This document shows positions 1 to 11,617 of a stretch of 64,000 nucleotides of DNA, piece after piece. Each line of letters begins with the position of its first letter. Position 1 is the first letter of the stretch. The DNA is from the human T2T-CHM13v2.0 reference genome, Homo sapiens. The notes below the pieces were generated by a model that worked only from the letters and a program-made list of their open reading frames with translations, was not told the DNA's origin and made no database searches. The position numbers and the translations under genes are program-made. The stretch lies in the NCBI RefSeq assembly GCF_009914755.1, contig NC_060927.1; one strand, given 5' to 3'.

Positions 1-393
1 CGCTGAGGCAGAGATTTATATGTAGATTTTTGGGGGCAGTGATCTCTGGAACAATATCTATAAGAAAGTGAGGGTCACAGGATTAGGCAGAGGGGAAAGT
101 TGAATTGCAGTGCAATTGCAAATGAGGCTTCAGCCAAACCCAAGGGAAGACTCCAATTGGGCTGATCCTTTAGGATTATCCCAAGGGGGCCCAGCTTTTG
201 TTACTGCAACATCCAGTCATTGGATGGGGGCTACCTGGGGTGGATGGTTTAGCGTGGAGCTCCCTTTGACCAAGGGCAGTTCCTGGAGAGGGGTGCAGCT
301 ATGAGCTGTCAGTAGGCAGCACTTCTGATAGCTGCAGGATTGAGTGCCTGTGTCCTGAAGGGGATCTGAGCACACAGCACAGTATCCACTATA
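1..393 (-). mobile_element. Ancient ERVL LTR (LTR33/LTR16-like), truncated by window start
   Basis: Resembles recalled ERVL-LTR consensus (ctgaggcagagatttat..gattaggcagaggggaaagttgaa..cagtcattggatgggg..cctgaagggggatctg..atccacta); subfamily uncertain. Confidence 0.65.
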
Positions 394-795
394 TGCTCAG
401 TAATTTTAAATTGCTTCTCTTCAATTCTTTGGCATCCATTTCCTTTCTCTTGTTGTAGCTCTAAGTTTCACCCTGATTAGCACTTGTCTTTTTCTCTAGA
501 GAGTCCCCAATTCCGATGTTGCTCCTTTTGAGTTGAAATAGGTTATTTTATGACTTTCATCTTTCTTACCTTGGGAGCTAGTTGCAGCAGGGGTTGAGGG
601 GTGAATTAGGGAAACCAGTTATTCATCTCTCATTGTCCAATGAATAAAGACTTAAAGTGGAGGTGGTATCTTTCCTTTTTAAATTTAATGGCCACCTCTG
701 AACATTTGATGTTGAATCTCCTCAATTTTGTGATGAACAGATTTGGAAGGCTGTGTCTGTGCTAAACGTGAAAGAATGCTGTGCTCAGTTAATGG

Positions 796-1628
796 TGTAT
801 AAGCATATATAGGCCTAGTATACTCTCACAACAGAGGACACTTCTGTAACCCCAGGTGTGTGGGAGTTTTTCCTCCCACACACCAGTCAAGCAATTCTGT
901 GGCGGATTCTCCAGCAGACACCACCTGGTGTCCTCAATTCAATTCGATTCTGACAGTATCTACCTGGAGAGAGTGTCACATCCCACAGGTTGAGGACACA
1001 GACCCACAAGACTTTCCCCCACTTCAGATGCCAGTCGCAAGTAATAAGTTGTTACTGATACTTCTGACCAACCACACTTCCCAAGTTCAATTAATTTGCT
1101 AGAGTGGCTCACAGAACCAAGATAAGTACTTTACTTTTGTGAACTCATTCATTATAAAGGATATTACAAATGATACAGATTAACATGCATAGGACAAGGT
1201 ATGGGAAAAGGAGCATAGAGCTTCCGTGCCCTCCATGGGCATGCCACCCTCCAGAACCCTCCATGTGTTCAGCCATCTGGAAGCTCTTTGAGGGCCTGTT
1301 CTTTTGAGGTTTTTGGGGGCCTTCACTATGTAGGCATGATTGGTCAAATCATTGCCTATTAGCGATCAACTTAACCTTCAGCCCCTTTCTCCTCCCTATG
1401 GGTTAAGGAGTAGGGCTGAAAGTCTCAACCCTCTAATCGTGCCTTTATTTTCCTTGTGACCAGCTCCCATCCTGAAGCCACCCAGGGACCCCCAGCCACC
1501 AGGCATCTCATTAATATACAGAAGAGACTCATATCACTCCAGAGATTACAAGGATTTTAGGAGCTGTATGTAAGAAACAGGGTGAAGACCAAATATATAA
1601 AAATCCCATTATACATCACAATGTCACA
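796..1628 (-). mobile_element. MER21 (MER21B/C-like) solo LTR
   Basis: tgtcctcaattcaattcgattctgacagtatctacctggag..tcccacaggttgagg; reverse-complement terminus TGTGACATTGTGATGTATAAT at 1628; left boundary approximate. Confidence 0.8.
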
Positions 1629-2557
1629 TGATGTCTGCTATGGGAGTGGGTTAAGAGACTGGGGGTACTCATGCTCCATTTTTGTCATTTTAAATATAGA
1701 GTTTTGTCTTCCCTTTCAATGTTAAATATAAAAATGCTTTGGCTTTTTCTGGTCTTCTGGGGTAAATTTCTATACCAATGTTCACAGCTTATTTGCCCCT
1801 TTAAAAATAATTAAGCCATATGCCTACAATTGTTTCTCAGGTCACCTTAATCACTTCTACAGCTTCATCTCCTGGAAAACTTTCCTTAAATAATTAAGAG
1901 TTCATTAAGAAAACTGGGCTACTTTCACAAATGCCTTTTTTTAAAAAAATTAATTTTAACTTTTTTGTTGTAGCAACCTGCTAGATCAACACAAATGCTT
2001 TTTTATTTGCCTTCCTGTTAAATCGGGACTCACCTTTTGTGAATATATTACATTAATGCATGTTTGTTTTATGGATTTGTTTAGTGTATCCCCTAAGGAA
2101 CATTCTTTCTCTGCCATCCTTGCCTGTCTTCGATTGTGTAAGGTCCCAGAAGGCAAATACTATGTCTTTTAAAATTGTATTGTACAGTGCTGTGCACAAA
2201 TGAACGATTAATTCTCAAAATACTGACAGTGGAAAAAGGCACAAAGGAGCTGATAATATCTTAAATGATTTAAATGATGTGTTTAATGCATTGGTTATCC
2301 CCCATTTTTTTTTCTAATAAAAGCTGTCAGAAAGAAACAAGATAATGTTCAAAGTATATTGAGTTTTTCTGAACTAAAGTTCTGGTTAAATTAAAATTAT
2401 TATTAAAAGATCAGTCTTAGGTGTTTCTGTCTATATCCACAAGCTGTTATTGTTGGATGCTTTTACCAGGCTCTTTAAATTGTCCTCATGAGCTTAAAAG
2501 CCTGAAGAATAGCAATGGTGGCATTGGGAAGGTAGAGGATCCATACTTGATGTGGCT

Positions 2558-2776
2558 CAAGGGTGGTCAAATTTTCTGTAAAGGGCTACACAATATGAAT
2601 ATTTTCAACTCTGTGGGCCATAAGGTCTATGTCACAACTACTCAACTCTACTGTTGTAGCATGGAAGCACCTGTAGACAATATGTAAATAAATCATGGTG
2701 GTATTCTAATGAAACTTTATCTTCAAAAAGAGAGGAGGGTCAGGTTTAGCCTGTGGGCTATGATGGCTAACACCTG
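2558..2776 (+). mobile_element. MER58A (hAT-Charlie MITE)
   Basis: caagggtggtcaaattttctgtaaagggc..ctactcaactctactgttgtagcatggaagca..cacctg. Confidence 0.85.
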
Positions 2777-3517
2777 ATCCAGGTGATTAGACTAGATTCC
2801 CCCGATTACTCCTGCACTGATTCTGAAATACATCACTAAGTTGAACCAATGGCAAGAGAGACACAATTGAAAAGTCAAGAATGTGAAAACAGTTTTAATG
2901 ACTTATATTCACAACATTTGTTGCCTTGTTTGGTTACTCCTGGGCATGGTGCTCAGGAATGCTCAATAAAGAGTAGGTTCCCCTGGGACAGTTCCTAGTT
3001 CCCAGGGTCGTGGGTACTTCCATTTTTAAGATCCTGGTCACCAGGTGGTCTCAATATGGTCTCCTTCACTTAATAACTGCCAGATTTGGGGAATCCACTG
3101 GTTTTCTCTGCACCTAACCACATTTTTCTTTCCTGGATTAAGCGGATTGTGATATCTTCCCTACTGACTTTAAGCGTTGTTATAATGGCTGAGTGAAATA
3201 TTGCTCAAGCACACACATCATCACACATTCCTATTTAAAAAGAAAATATTAAGTTTGCTTCACCCGCTTTTTCTCTAAACCTGAGCATGGTACTTGGTTG
3301 ATTTTTTTTTTTCTCGGCAGATTTGTATGTCTGTGTTTGAGTGATATTAAATGTCCAAATATAGTTAAATAATTGAATGATTCTTAAGCTTTGCTTCACA
3401 GTGGACTCACCTGCAGCATTTAAAAAAATCCTGATGCCTTGGTAACACCTCAGATTAACTGAATCTGAATCTCTATGAGGGGGACCCAGCATTAATATAC
3501 TTTTAAAACTACCCAAG

Positions 3518-4240
3518 TGTATCATTTTCTGTTGCTACTGAAACAAATTACCACAAATTTAGTAGCTTAAAATAACACAAATTTATTATCTCACTGTGTT
3601 GTAGGTTATACATCTGACACAGGTCTCATCTGAGCTATAGTCAAGGTGCTAGCAAGGCTGCATTCTTTTCTGGAGGCCCTAGGGCAAGCTTGTCCAACCC
3701 GCCAGCCACATGCAGTCCAGGACGACTTTGAGTGTGGCCCAACACAAATTTGTAAACTTTCTTAAAACATTATGAGATTTTTTTATGCTATTTTCTTTTT
3801 AGCTCATTAGCTATCATTAGTGTTAGTGTATTTTATGTGTGGTCCAAGACAATTCTTCTTCTTCCAAAGTGGCCCAGGGAAGCCAAAAGATTGGACACCT
3901 GTGCTCTAGAAGATAATGCATTCCTTTGCCTTTTGCAGACTCTGAAGAGGCCACCCATGGTCTTTGGTTCATGGCCCCGTTCCTTTTCAAAGTCAGCAAC
4001 AGCAGGTCAAAATCCCCTTTTATCTCATCACTATGGCCTTTGACTCAACTCGTTTTTCTTCCTTTCCCCCTTTTAAGGACTGTTACATTGGGCCCATCTG
4101 GATGATCCAAGTTAATACCTCTGTTTTAAGATCAGCTGATCTTAAACCTTAATTCCATCTGCCATGTAGCCTAACATACTCACAGGTTCTGGGGAGTATG
4201 ATGTGTACAGCTTTGGAAGCCCATTATCCTACCTACCACA
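3518..4240 (-). mobile_element. MLT1C/D-like MaLR LTR, split by MER30
   Basis: tgtatcattttctgttgct..aacaaattaccacaaatttagtagcttaaa..; ends ccattatcctacctaccaca; degenerate 5-bp TSD ccaag/tcagg. Confidence 0.85.
3685..3903 (-). mobile_element. MER30 (hAT-Charlie)
   Basis: TIRs caagcttgtccaa..ttggacacctgtg; core ggcccaacacaaatttgtaaactttcttaaaacattatgag; degenerate 8-bp TSD ccctaggg/ctctagaa. Confidence 0.9.
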
Positions 4241-4334
4241 TCAGGTAATTACTACTCTGATAGGGAAAAGTGTATGAGCCCTAACTAGTAGAAGCAAATT
4301 ATTCCCACAAGTGTTCTGTTGATGGCTAGTGCAT

Positions 4335-4712
4335 AAGCATTCATTCCTTCATTGATTCATTCTTTCAATAAATGGTGATTTCCTTTTGAGTTCTTGGCAT
4401 TGATTCTAGAGATACAATAATAAACATTGTGGTGAAGGTCTAATGAAAAGAAAAATATATTTAAATAGAGAAAATACAGATGCCTTGGGTCCTCCTAGAA
4501 AGGGTCCTTTCCCAAATTTTGAGACCAGGCTAGGATTTGTGGAAGAAGTGATGTGAGAATTACATATGTATAGAATATGGAATAAAAATAGCCTTAGTAG
4601 CTCTTCCAGACACTTAATGCATTATTTTTAATCCTTACTACAAAATTGAATAGTGCATACTATTACTGCCATTTTGCAGATGTGGAAACTGAGTCTCATG
4701 AAGGTGAAATAA
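4335..4712. mobile_element. L2 3' fragment followed by MIR fragment
   Basis: cattcattccttcattgattcattc (L2 tail) and cattttgcagatgtggaaactgagtctc (MIR core). Confidence 0.55.
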
Positions 4713-4991
4713 TAATAATAGTTATTGTATTATTCTGTGAAATCATGTGTGTAGTTCTATACTAGGGAATTTTAGAATGGCCATCATTTCTTTAAACACT
4801 GAGCTAATATTTTGCTGTCTTCCAAGTTCAAATGTCTTTCTGAAGAAAAAAAAAGAACAGAAATCTGATTCACCCTCTATGGTTATAACTGACACATAGC
4901 CACATAAGTGTTTAGCCTTGTGGCTTGTTTTCTGTCTGAACCAGAAGAGTACCATGTTCTCAATGGAGGCGTAGTCAGTATGGATTTTATT

Positions 4992-5129
4992 GGGCATAAC
5001 AGGACTCCCAGCATACAGTCACTGTGGTACCACTGTCGACATTACAGTTCATCCCGGTATCAAAGTGACTGGATATGAGGATCTGGTGCCTTCTGGATTT
5101 AAGCAGTGAAGGGTCATTTGAAGATTTCA
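4992..5129 (+). repeat. Source copy of a 138-bp direct repeat (partner 6160-6296)
   Basis: By-eye alignment, ~10 substitutions and 1 indel against 6160-6296. Confidence 0.97.
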
Positions 5130-5859
5130 GTGCCTGCTGCTCTTTTGAAAAGTGAGTAGGAGAACCCCGTTTAGTGTTCTTAGACTTACTTAGCTCCTCC
5201 TTTCCATTTTAGGCCTAACAGATCCACTTGGGGTGCTTCTACCATGAGTCTGTTTTTATTAAGTCATTTGACTTTCACAAGTAGCCAGATTTAGTTTCTC
5301 TGTGACAAGAATATAGATAATGCTTCCTAGACTAGTCATTTCTTGTCTATCATATCTACAATCACTGAAGGAAAAACCTACAGTGTATAGAATATTGGGA
5401 TACATTGGAAATTTCTAAAAGAGGCTTTAAAGAATTTCTTTGAGTTGCTTCATTCTAGGCATTGATGCTTGAAATGTAAAGATAAATAGGAAGGCCACGG
5501 TTTAGTGACAAAATGCAGATAATTAAATGAAGGAAATAAAGGTGCATTGCGATGTATTAAGAAAGGGCTTTAGGCCAAATTTTAAGACCAGGTAAGGATT
5601 TCTGGAGAAAGTGATGCTCAACGGTGATATAAGGATTAGATAAGTAGAGAATGTTGGATAATAACTGCCTGAATGCCTACTCTGGGCAGTTAATAAATTA
5701 TCTTTAATTCTCACAAAACCGTGCACAGTGGTTACTATTACCACTATGTTGCACTAGTGGTTACTATTACCACTATGAGGCTCCTACAGAGCAAGTAACT
5801 TTTAAGGTCTCATAAACAAAATGACACAACTGGAATTGGGCTGGGAAAAGACTAAGCTT

Positions 5860-6423
5860 CAGTACTAATATAATGGCCATTAGTCATGTATTTAAATTTA
5901 AATTACTTTGGCTGTTTAAATTCTTGGATATTTAAACTTATTTTTTTAATTAAAAAATTAAAAATAGTCTACATGGTACAGATATGTTACTAACCCAAAA
6001 AAGTTCTAGAACACCTTTAAATATTTTCTAAATACCCTAGAGCAATATTGTCCAATAAAACTTCCTGCAATGAAGGAACTGTTCTTTAATCTGCACTACC
6101 GAATGTGGTGGCAACTAGCCACATGTGACTGTTGAGTACCTGAACGAAGTGTAAAGAAGGAGCATAACAGGACTCCCAGCATACAGTCACTGTGTTACCA
6201 CTATCAACATTATGGTTCATCCAGGTATCAAAGTGATAGATATGAGGATCTGGTGTCTTCTGGATTTAAGCAGTGAGGGGTCATTTGAAGATTTCACTTC
6301 TTTACACTTCATTACACTTCATTCAGGTACTCAACAGTCACATGCAGCTAGTTGCCACCATACTGGGTAGTGCAGATTAAAGAACAGTTCCTTCGTTGCA
6401 GAAAGTTTTATTAGACAGCATTG
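5860..6423 (-). mobile_element. MER3/MER33 hAT fossil interrupted by a 328-bp insertion (5969-6296)
   Basis: Left part gccattagtcatgtatttaaatttaaatt..aaaattaaaaatagt; right part ttcaggtactcaacagtcacatg..gcagaaagttttattagacagcattg. Confidence 0.75.
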
Positions 6424-6497
6424 CTCTAGGGTATTTAGAAAATATGTAAAGGTGTTCTAGAACTTTGTTGAGTTAGTAACATATCACTACCATGTAG
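5969..6497. repeat. Inverted repeat: arms 5969-6159 and 6297-6497, 137-bp spacer
   Basis: Arms are reverse complements with ~16 mismatches in 191 bp plus a 10-bp duplication (ttacacttca) in the right arm. Confidence 0.97.
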
Positions 6498-8890
6498 GCA
6501 CCTAGACTATCAGAACCAGAAGCAGACTTTATTTCTATATGAGTAGCTATGTTCTACCCTTACTAGTCACAAGGTAGATAATAAAAGACTCAAAAAGAGG
6601 CTTCACCCAGCCTGTTCTACTAATACGTGCAGAGTGGGACAAGAATTTGGGGGTTCATATGGTTAGTATTTTCAGGGGACCACGTGTTTCTTGTGCAGGA
6701 AATGCAAGTGGTGACCTTAGCATGGGGATAACAGCGGGCTATTTTAGCAAAGTGAAGCACTGCTACTATGTATTGAGAGAGTACCTAATAAATCAGTTAA
6801 ATGTGTCAAATTGGAAATGATTAAGATAGTTTTCAAGTGATATCTCAGCATCCATTTATAGATAAACTAGTAATATGCTAAAAGAAGTTGTTCTTATAAG
6901 AATATCCATTGATACAGATCCTTAATAGTAATATTCATTAATACAGATCCTTAAAATACTCTAGTGTTATTTCTTTCATCTTAGTGGAAGCTTACCTTTC
7001 CATAGTGCTCTCAACTTATCTAAGGAAATTTATAAGTTTTAAATCCTATCATCTTCAAAGTCAACCTATAAAGAAGGATGGGCAAGTATTATGATCAGCA
7101 ATGACCAGGTGAGGGAAATAGGGTACTGAGAGGTTTACTTTTCTGTTCAAAGTAGGTGATCTGGGGTTGATTCCACATCTGTTGGTGCCTAATCTTTGGA
7201 TATTTCCAACAGCCCCAAAAAGGAAAGAAAGCAACCTCACTTATGTAAGGAAAATGAATCTATAATTACTATTTTTTCTCATTGTTTCAAAAGTTTACCC
7301 CCAAACACTTCATATTAATGAAGTTTTACTGCTCTCCAGAAGATGTTGACTCATGCTGGATTGAAGAGAATCCAGTAGGCAGTTTGTGGAGTCACTCAGT
7401 ACATACACATGACTTTTTGTCTCATTGTTGGAGCCGTAGGAGACAATGAATAGTTGCTGTTTAATCACCTGGTAAGGACTAAGTAGTAACCAAGTGTAGG
7501 CACCTAAAGTGGATCTTACTTTGCTTATTACTGAGAAACACTCGTAGTTTCTTCACTGTTACAGGCCGTTAAAGTGGAATGGGTTTGTTATTGATGGTCT
7601 ATGTAGCAATTCCAGTGTGATAGATACCAGCAAACACACAGGGAGTGAACTGTCTTGCCCTAGTCTACAAATAGAGATCAATGACTATTTTATTTGCTCA
7701 ACCCTGCCTCCAGTCCATGGCTGTGGCCTCCATCATGAAGTAGCTGGAATGATTAATGATCTATTGGAGGTATTAATGCCTCTTGTTTCGGTACTCTAAT
7801 TATAGAAGCAGATTGGAGCCAAGCTTTTAGAGTGGGTTTGAGATTGAAAAATATTTGAAAAGCAGGTGATTGGTCCAACACCTCCACTTCTTTCAATTTA
7901 ACCATAAATCAGTTGTGAGTGATTTTTTCACTGTAATTTTTCATAGGTTTTGAACTTGGGTAATGAGCATCCCTGTCCCATAGTGAAACTGTGATTTTCC
8001 TAGATCTTGTTGGAAAGAAGATGAAGATTTATGAAGGGGGATAGAAGGAAATATATTGCATTTCTTTTTATCCTCTGCTTGGTATTTTTCTCTTCCTCTC
8101 CTGTACTTCAACCCCTATAAGTCTCAACTTTCATGCATGCCACACATGGCATATAGTATTTGGAAATGGGAAAGCTGCAGTGTGTCTTGACCTACTTTCC
8201 AGTGACTGTACAATTACAAATAAGAAGTTGATGCTATATAAAGTAGTACTACATTCTACACTGAAAAGAACATATGGAGAAGCAAAGAGTGCGTTTGCCC
8301 AAGCAGCACCAATTTTTAAAACTCATTTGCTGAGTTTGTTGACTTAATTTTTTTTTTTTTTAAGTTGAGGATGGCTCAAGGCATTGCTGTCACCCAAGAA
8401 GCTACCATGAGGACTGTGGAAAAAATTCTGAGGAACCCTAGGTGAAGAGATAGGTTTAAATTGGAATCAGTTTGACAATTTTTCCTTCCCTAACTAGAAC
8501 TGCAGCTTACCCCACTGTGGGTAATGTAATACATCAGTGCCTGATGAAAATCTGGCTTGCAAATTGTGGAAAAGCACAGGATTTTTTACATTTGTATAAT
8601 TTTAATTTTTTTGAAGTATTTTATTATCTGGGAAGTAGATTGACAGCAAAGGGCATCTTAAAATAGATTGTTTATAGACACTCAAATGCAGCAAATGCAC
8701 ATGTTTACCTTTATACCATAGCACACGGAAAATTCCACCAGGTCTTTTAGGGTATTCAATTTTTGTAGCTGCAACACTAAAGCACTATGTATTTGAGTAA
8801 TGTATTACATTTATCATTTATTGAAAATATGAGGTTCATATATTAACAGCTTTGTATTCCAATTCTATGAATGGAAGGAATGATTCCCTC

Positions 8891-9983
8891 TGTATTAGGT
8901 TTCTCCAGAGAAGCAGAACCAATAGAGTGTTTTTAGAGATATATAGAAAGAGATTTATTAGGAGGGACTGGCTTATGCAATTAGGGAGGCTGAGAAATTC
9001 TATAATCGGCCATCTGCAAGTGGAGGCCCAGGAGAGCTGGGGGTATAGTTTCAATCCAAACCCTAAGGCCTGAGAACCAGGGGAGCCAATAGTGTAGATC
9101 CCAGTCCATGTCTGAAGACCTGAGAACCAGGAGTGCTGATGTCTGAAGGCAAGGAGAAGAAAGAGGTCCCAGCTGAAGCAGAGAATTTTTTTTTCTTTAT
9201 TTTTAAATTTTATTTTATGTTCCAGGATACATGTGCAGAACATGCAGGTTTGTTACATAGGTATACACGTGGCATTGTGGTTTGCTGCACCTATTGACCT
9301 GTCCTCTAAGTTCCCTCCCCTCGTCCCCCATCCCACAACAGGCCCCAGTGTGTATTGTTCCCCACCCTGTGTCCATGTGTTTTTATTGTTCAGCTCCCAC
9401 TTATGAGTGAGAACATGTGGTGTTTGGTTTTCTGTTCCTGCATTAGTTTGCTGAGGATGGTGGCTTCCAGCTTCATCCATGTCCCTGCAAAGGACATGAT
9501 CTTGTTCCTTTTTATGGCTTCATAGTATTCCATGGTGTATATGTACCACATTTTCTTTATCCAGACTATCACTGATGGGCATTTGGGTGGATTCCATGAT
9601 TTTGCCATTGTAAATAGTGCTGCAGTAAACATACATGTGCATGTGTCTTTATAGTAGAATGATTTATATTTCTCTGGGTATATACCCAGTAATGGGATTG
9701 CTGGGTCAAATGGTACTTCTGGTTCTAGATCCTTGAGGAATCACCATACTGTCTTCCACAATGGTTGAACCAATTTACATTCAGAGGGAATTTTTTTTGT
9801 TCCATTCAGACCCTCAATGATGCCTGCTCACACTGGGGAGACTAATCTTCTTTACTCAGTCTACCTATTCAAATGCTAATCTCTTCTAGAAACACCCTCA
9901 CAGACACATCCAGAAATAATGCTTACCTGCTATGTTGGCATCCATTAGCCCAGTCAAGTTGACACATAAGATTAATCATCACA
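8891..9983 (-). mobile_element. MLT2 (ERVL) LTR split by an L1 insertion
   Basis: tgtattaggtttctccagagaagcagaaccaatag..; ends cagtcaagttgacacataagattaatcatcaca. Confidence 0.9.
9186..9782 (-). mobile_element. 5'-truncated L1PA (L1PA8-like) 3' end
   Basis: Poly-T tail, L1 3'UTR, ORF 9390-9632 is the ORF2 C-terminus (MWYIYTMEYY..IKRNKIMSFAGTWM); TSD-like cagag(gg)aatttt on both sides. Confidence 0.95.
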
Positions 9984-10290
9984 CCTTTCTTCTTTCCTTC
10001 CAGCCTGCCTGCCTACTTTTCTTCTTAAAATATCTACTGAGCCATTATTACGTACCAAAACAGTAAGTTAGTCTTAGGTGGCTGGGTAGTGGGAGGGAAA
10101 GGTAATATTAAAAATAAGATTCAGTCCCTGCCATCAAAGACCTTTCACTTTAGTTGGGGAGAGTAGACAGCATAGGTTTTTATTATTTTTGCAGACAACA
10201 GAGTCCATGTTGAGCCAAAAAAGAAAGAAAAAACTTGTTTTGAGGGCATTGGGTAGCTAGCAGAGTCTTTGGAAGGCCTAGGAAACCAGT

Positions 10291-10444
10291 CTTTTTGGTT
10301 TGTTTTTGTTTTAAGAGACAGGGTTCTCTCTCTGTCCTTTAGGCTGGAGTTCAGTGGTGCAATCATAGCTCGCTGCAGCTTGGAAGTCCTGGGCTTTCCT
10401 TCTACCTCAGCCTTCCAAAGTGTTGGGATCACTGCACCTGGCCT
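10291..10444 (-). mobile_element. Alu monomer (FLAM/FRAM-type)
   Basis: gagacagggt..ggctggagttcagtggtgcaatcatagctc..cactgcacctggcc; TSD ggaaacc on both sides. Confidence 0.85.
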
Positions 10445-10455
10445 GGAAACCGGGT

Positions 10456-10850
10456 TTAAATGCCACATAGCCAGATACAAGAGCAGCCAGGAGAAATGCC
10501 AAACCACCTCTCCAAGGGAAGTCCCACTGCTTTACAGTATTGAGCAGAACCCTCTGCCAGAGCTGCCACAAAAGAAGAAATTCCTTTAACACCACACTTG
10601 CAAGAAGAACTAATGTCCCAAAGTGAATCTTTGTGTGTTTTGAGTGACCTTGTGTTGCCTTTTTTTTTTTTTTTCATCTCCAACCTCCTACAGGTCTACC
10701 TACGTAGCAAAACATAGGACACATCTGCTTTCTTATCTGCAAAAAAGTCCAGGGAGTGTAATTGTTGGCTTTCCAGTTTCTATTACATAGGAAGTTACAT
10801 CAGGTGGGTCAAAATGCATATGGAGGGAATGATCCCATAGTATCCACCTT
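10456..10850 (-). mobile_element. Old MaLR LTR fragment (MLT1K/L-like)
   Basis: ttatctgcaaaaaagtccagggagtg..ggctttccagtttctatt resembles an MLT1K/L terminus; highly diverged. Confidence 0.45.
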
Positions 10851-11020
10851 AGGGAGACAGGTTAGCAAATAACTAGAATAAATTGTGTGTTATGCTGGAG
10901 TAGATAATAGTTCTGTGGGAACACCCAGTGAAGGCACCTGTCTCAAGAGGAAGGAAGGGTATTCAGGGAAGCATCTTGGAGTAGGGCTACACTTGCTGAA
11001 TCTTGAAGGGTTTCAGGACT

Positions 11021-11617
11021 TTATTAGTTAGGATAGGATAAGATAGGTACATGTTATAGAAGCAAACAGCTTCAAAATCTCAGTGGTTAACACAATCACA
11101 CAAAACTCCTGCAAAGTCTCTGCTCTGGGGGGCACCGGGTACAAATTTGTGCAGCCTGGTGGCAAAATGAAAACACTGGGCCCCTTTTCTAAAACTTGCG
11201 AGACAGTGACAGCAGAGCGTTAAGCCAAGCACAGAGCCCATCCGAGGGCAGGGTCCTGGGTGATCACATAGGTTACATGCCCATGCTGCTGGCCCTAGGT
11301 GAGGGTCTAGGAGACTCTCCAGAGAAGCTTTCTTCTACTTGGTAATTCAGTAATTCATGCAGCTTCAGTCTGTGGCTCTGCCATCTCAACACAACCTCTT
11401 CCACATTTGCCAAAACTGGGCAAGAGAGAGACTGGAGGGCCACACAGGGCATTTCACTGCCTCAACCCAGAAGTGATGCGCCTTACTTCTGCTCACATTT
11501 CATCGGCTAGAATTGATCACGTGGCCTTGACTGACTACCAGGTGGCTAGGAAGTGGAGAGTCCTGCATGCCTAAGAAGGAGAAGGCAGGTTATGATGAAT
11601 CAGCATCATCTACCCAA
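11021..11617 (-). mobile_element. MLT1J-like MaLR LTR split by MER45A
   Basis: tattagttaggatagg..caaaatctcagtggttaacacaa..cttacttctgctcacatttcatcggctagaa. Confidence 0.75.
11130..11297 (-). mobile_element. MER45A (hAT-Tip100)
   Basis: gcaaaatgaaaacactgggcccctt..gacagcagagcgttaagccaagc..cccatgctgctggcccta. Confidence 0.8.

Larger units (their letters stand above)
3385..4256 (+). mobile_element. MER5A/B fossil, split by the MLT1 insertion
   Basis: cacctgcagcatttaaaaaaatcctgatgcc..tgaatctgaatctct..ttttaaaactacccaag | resumes tcaggtaatt at 4241. Confidence 0.7.
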
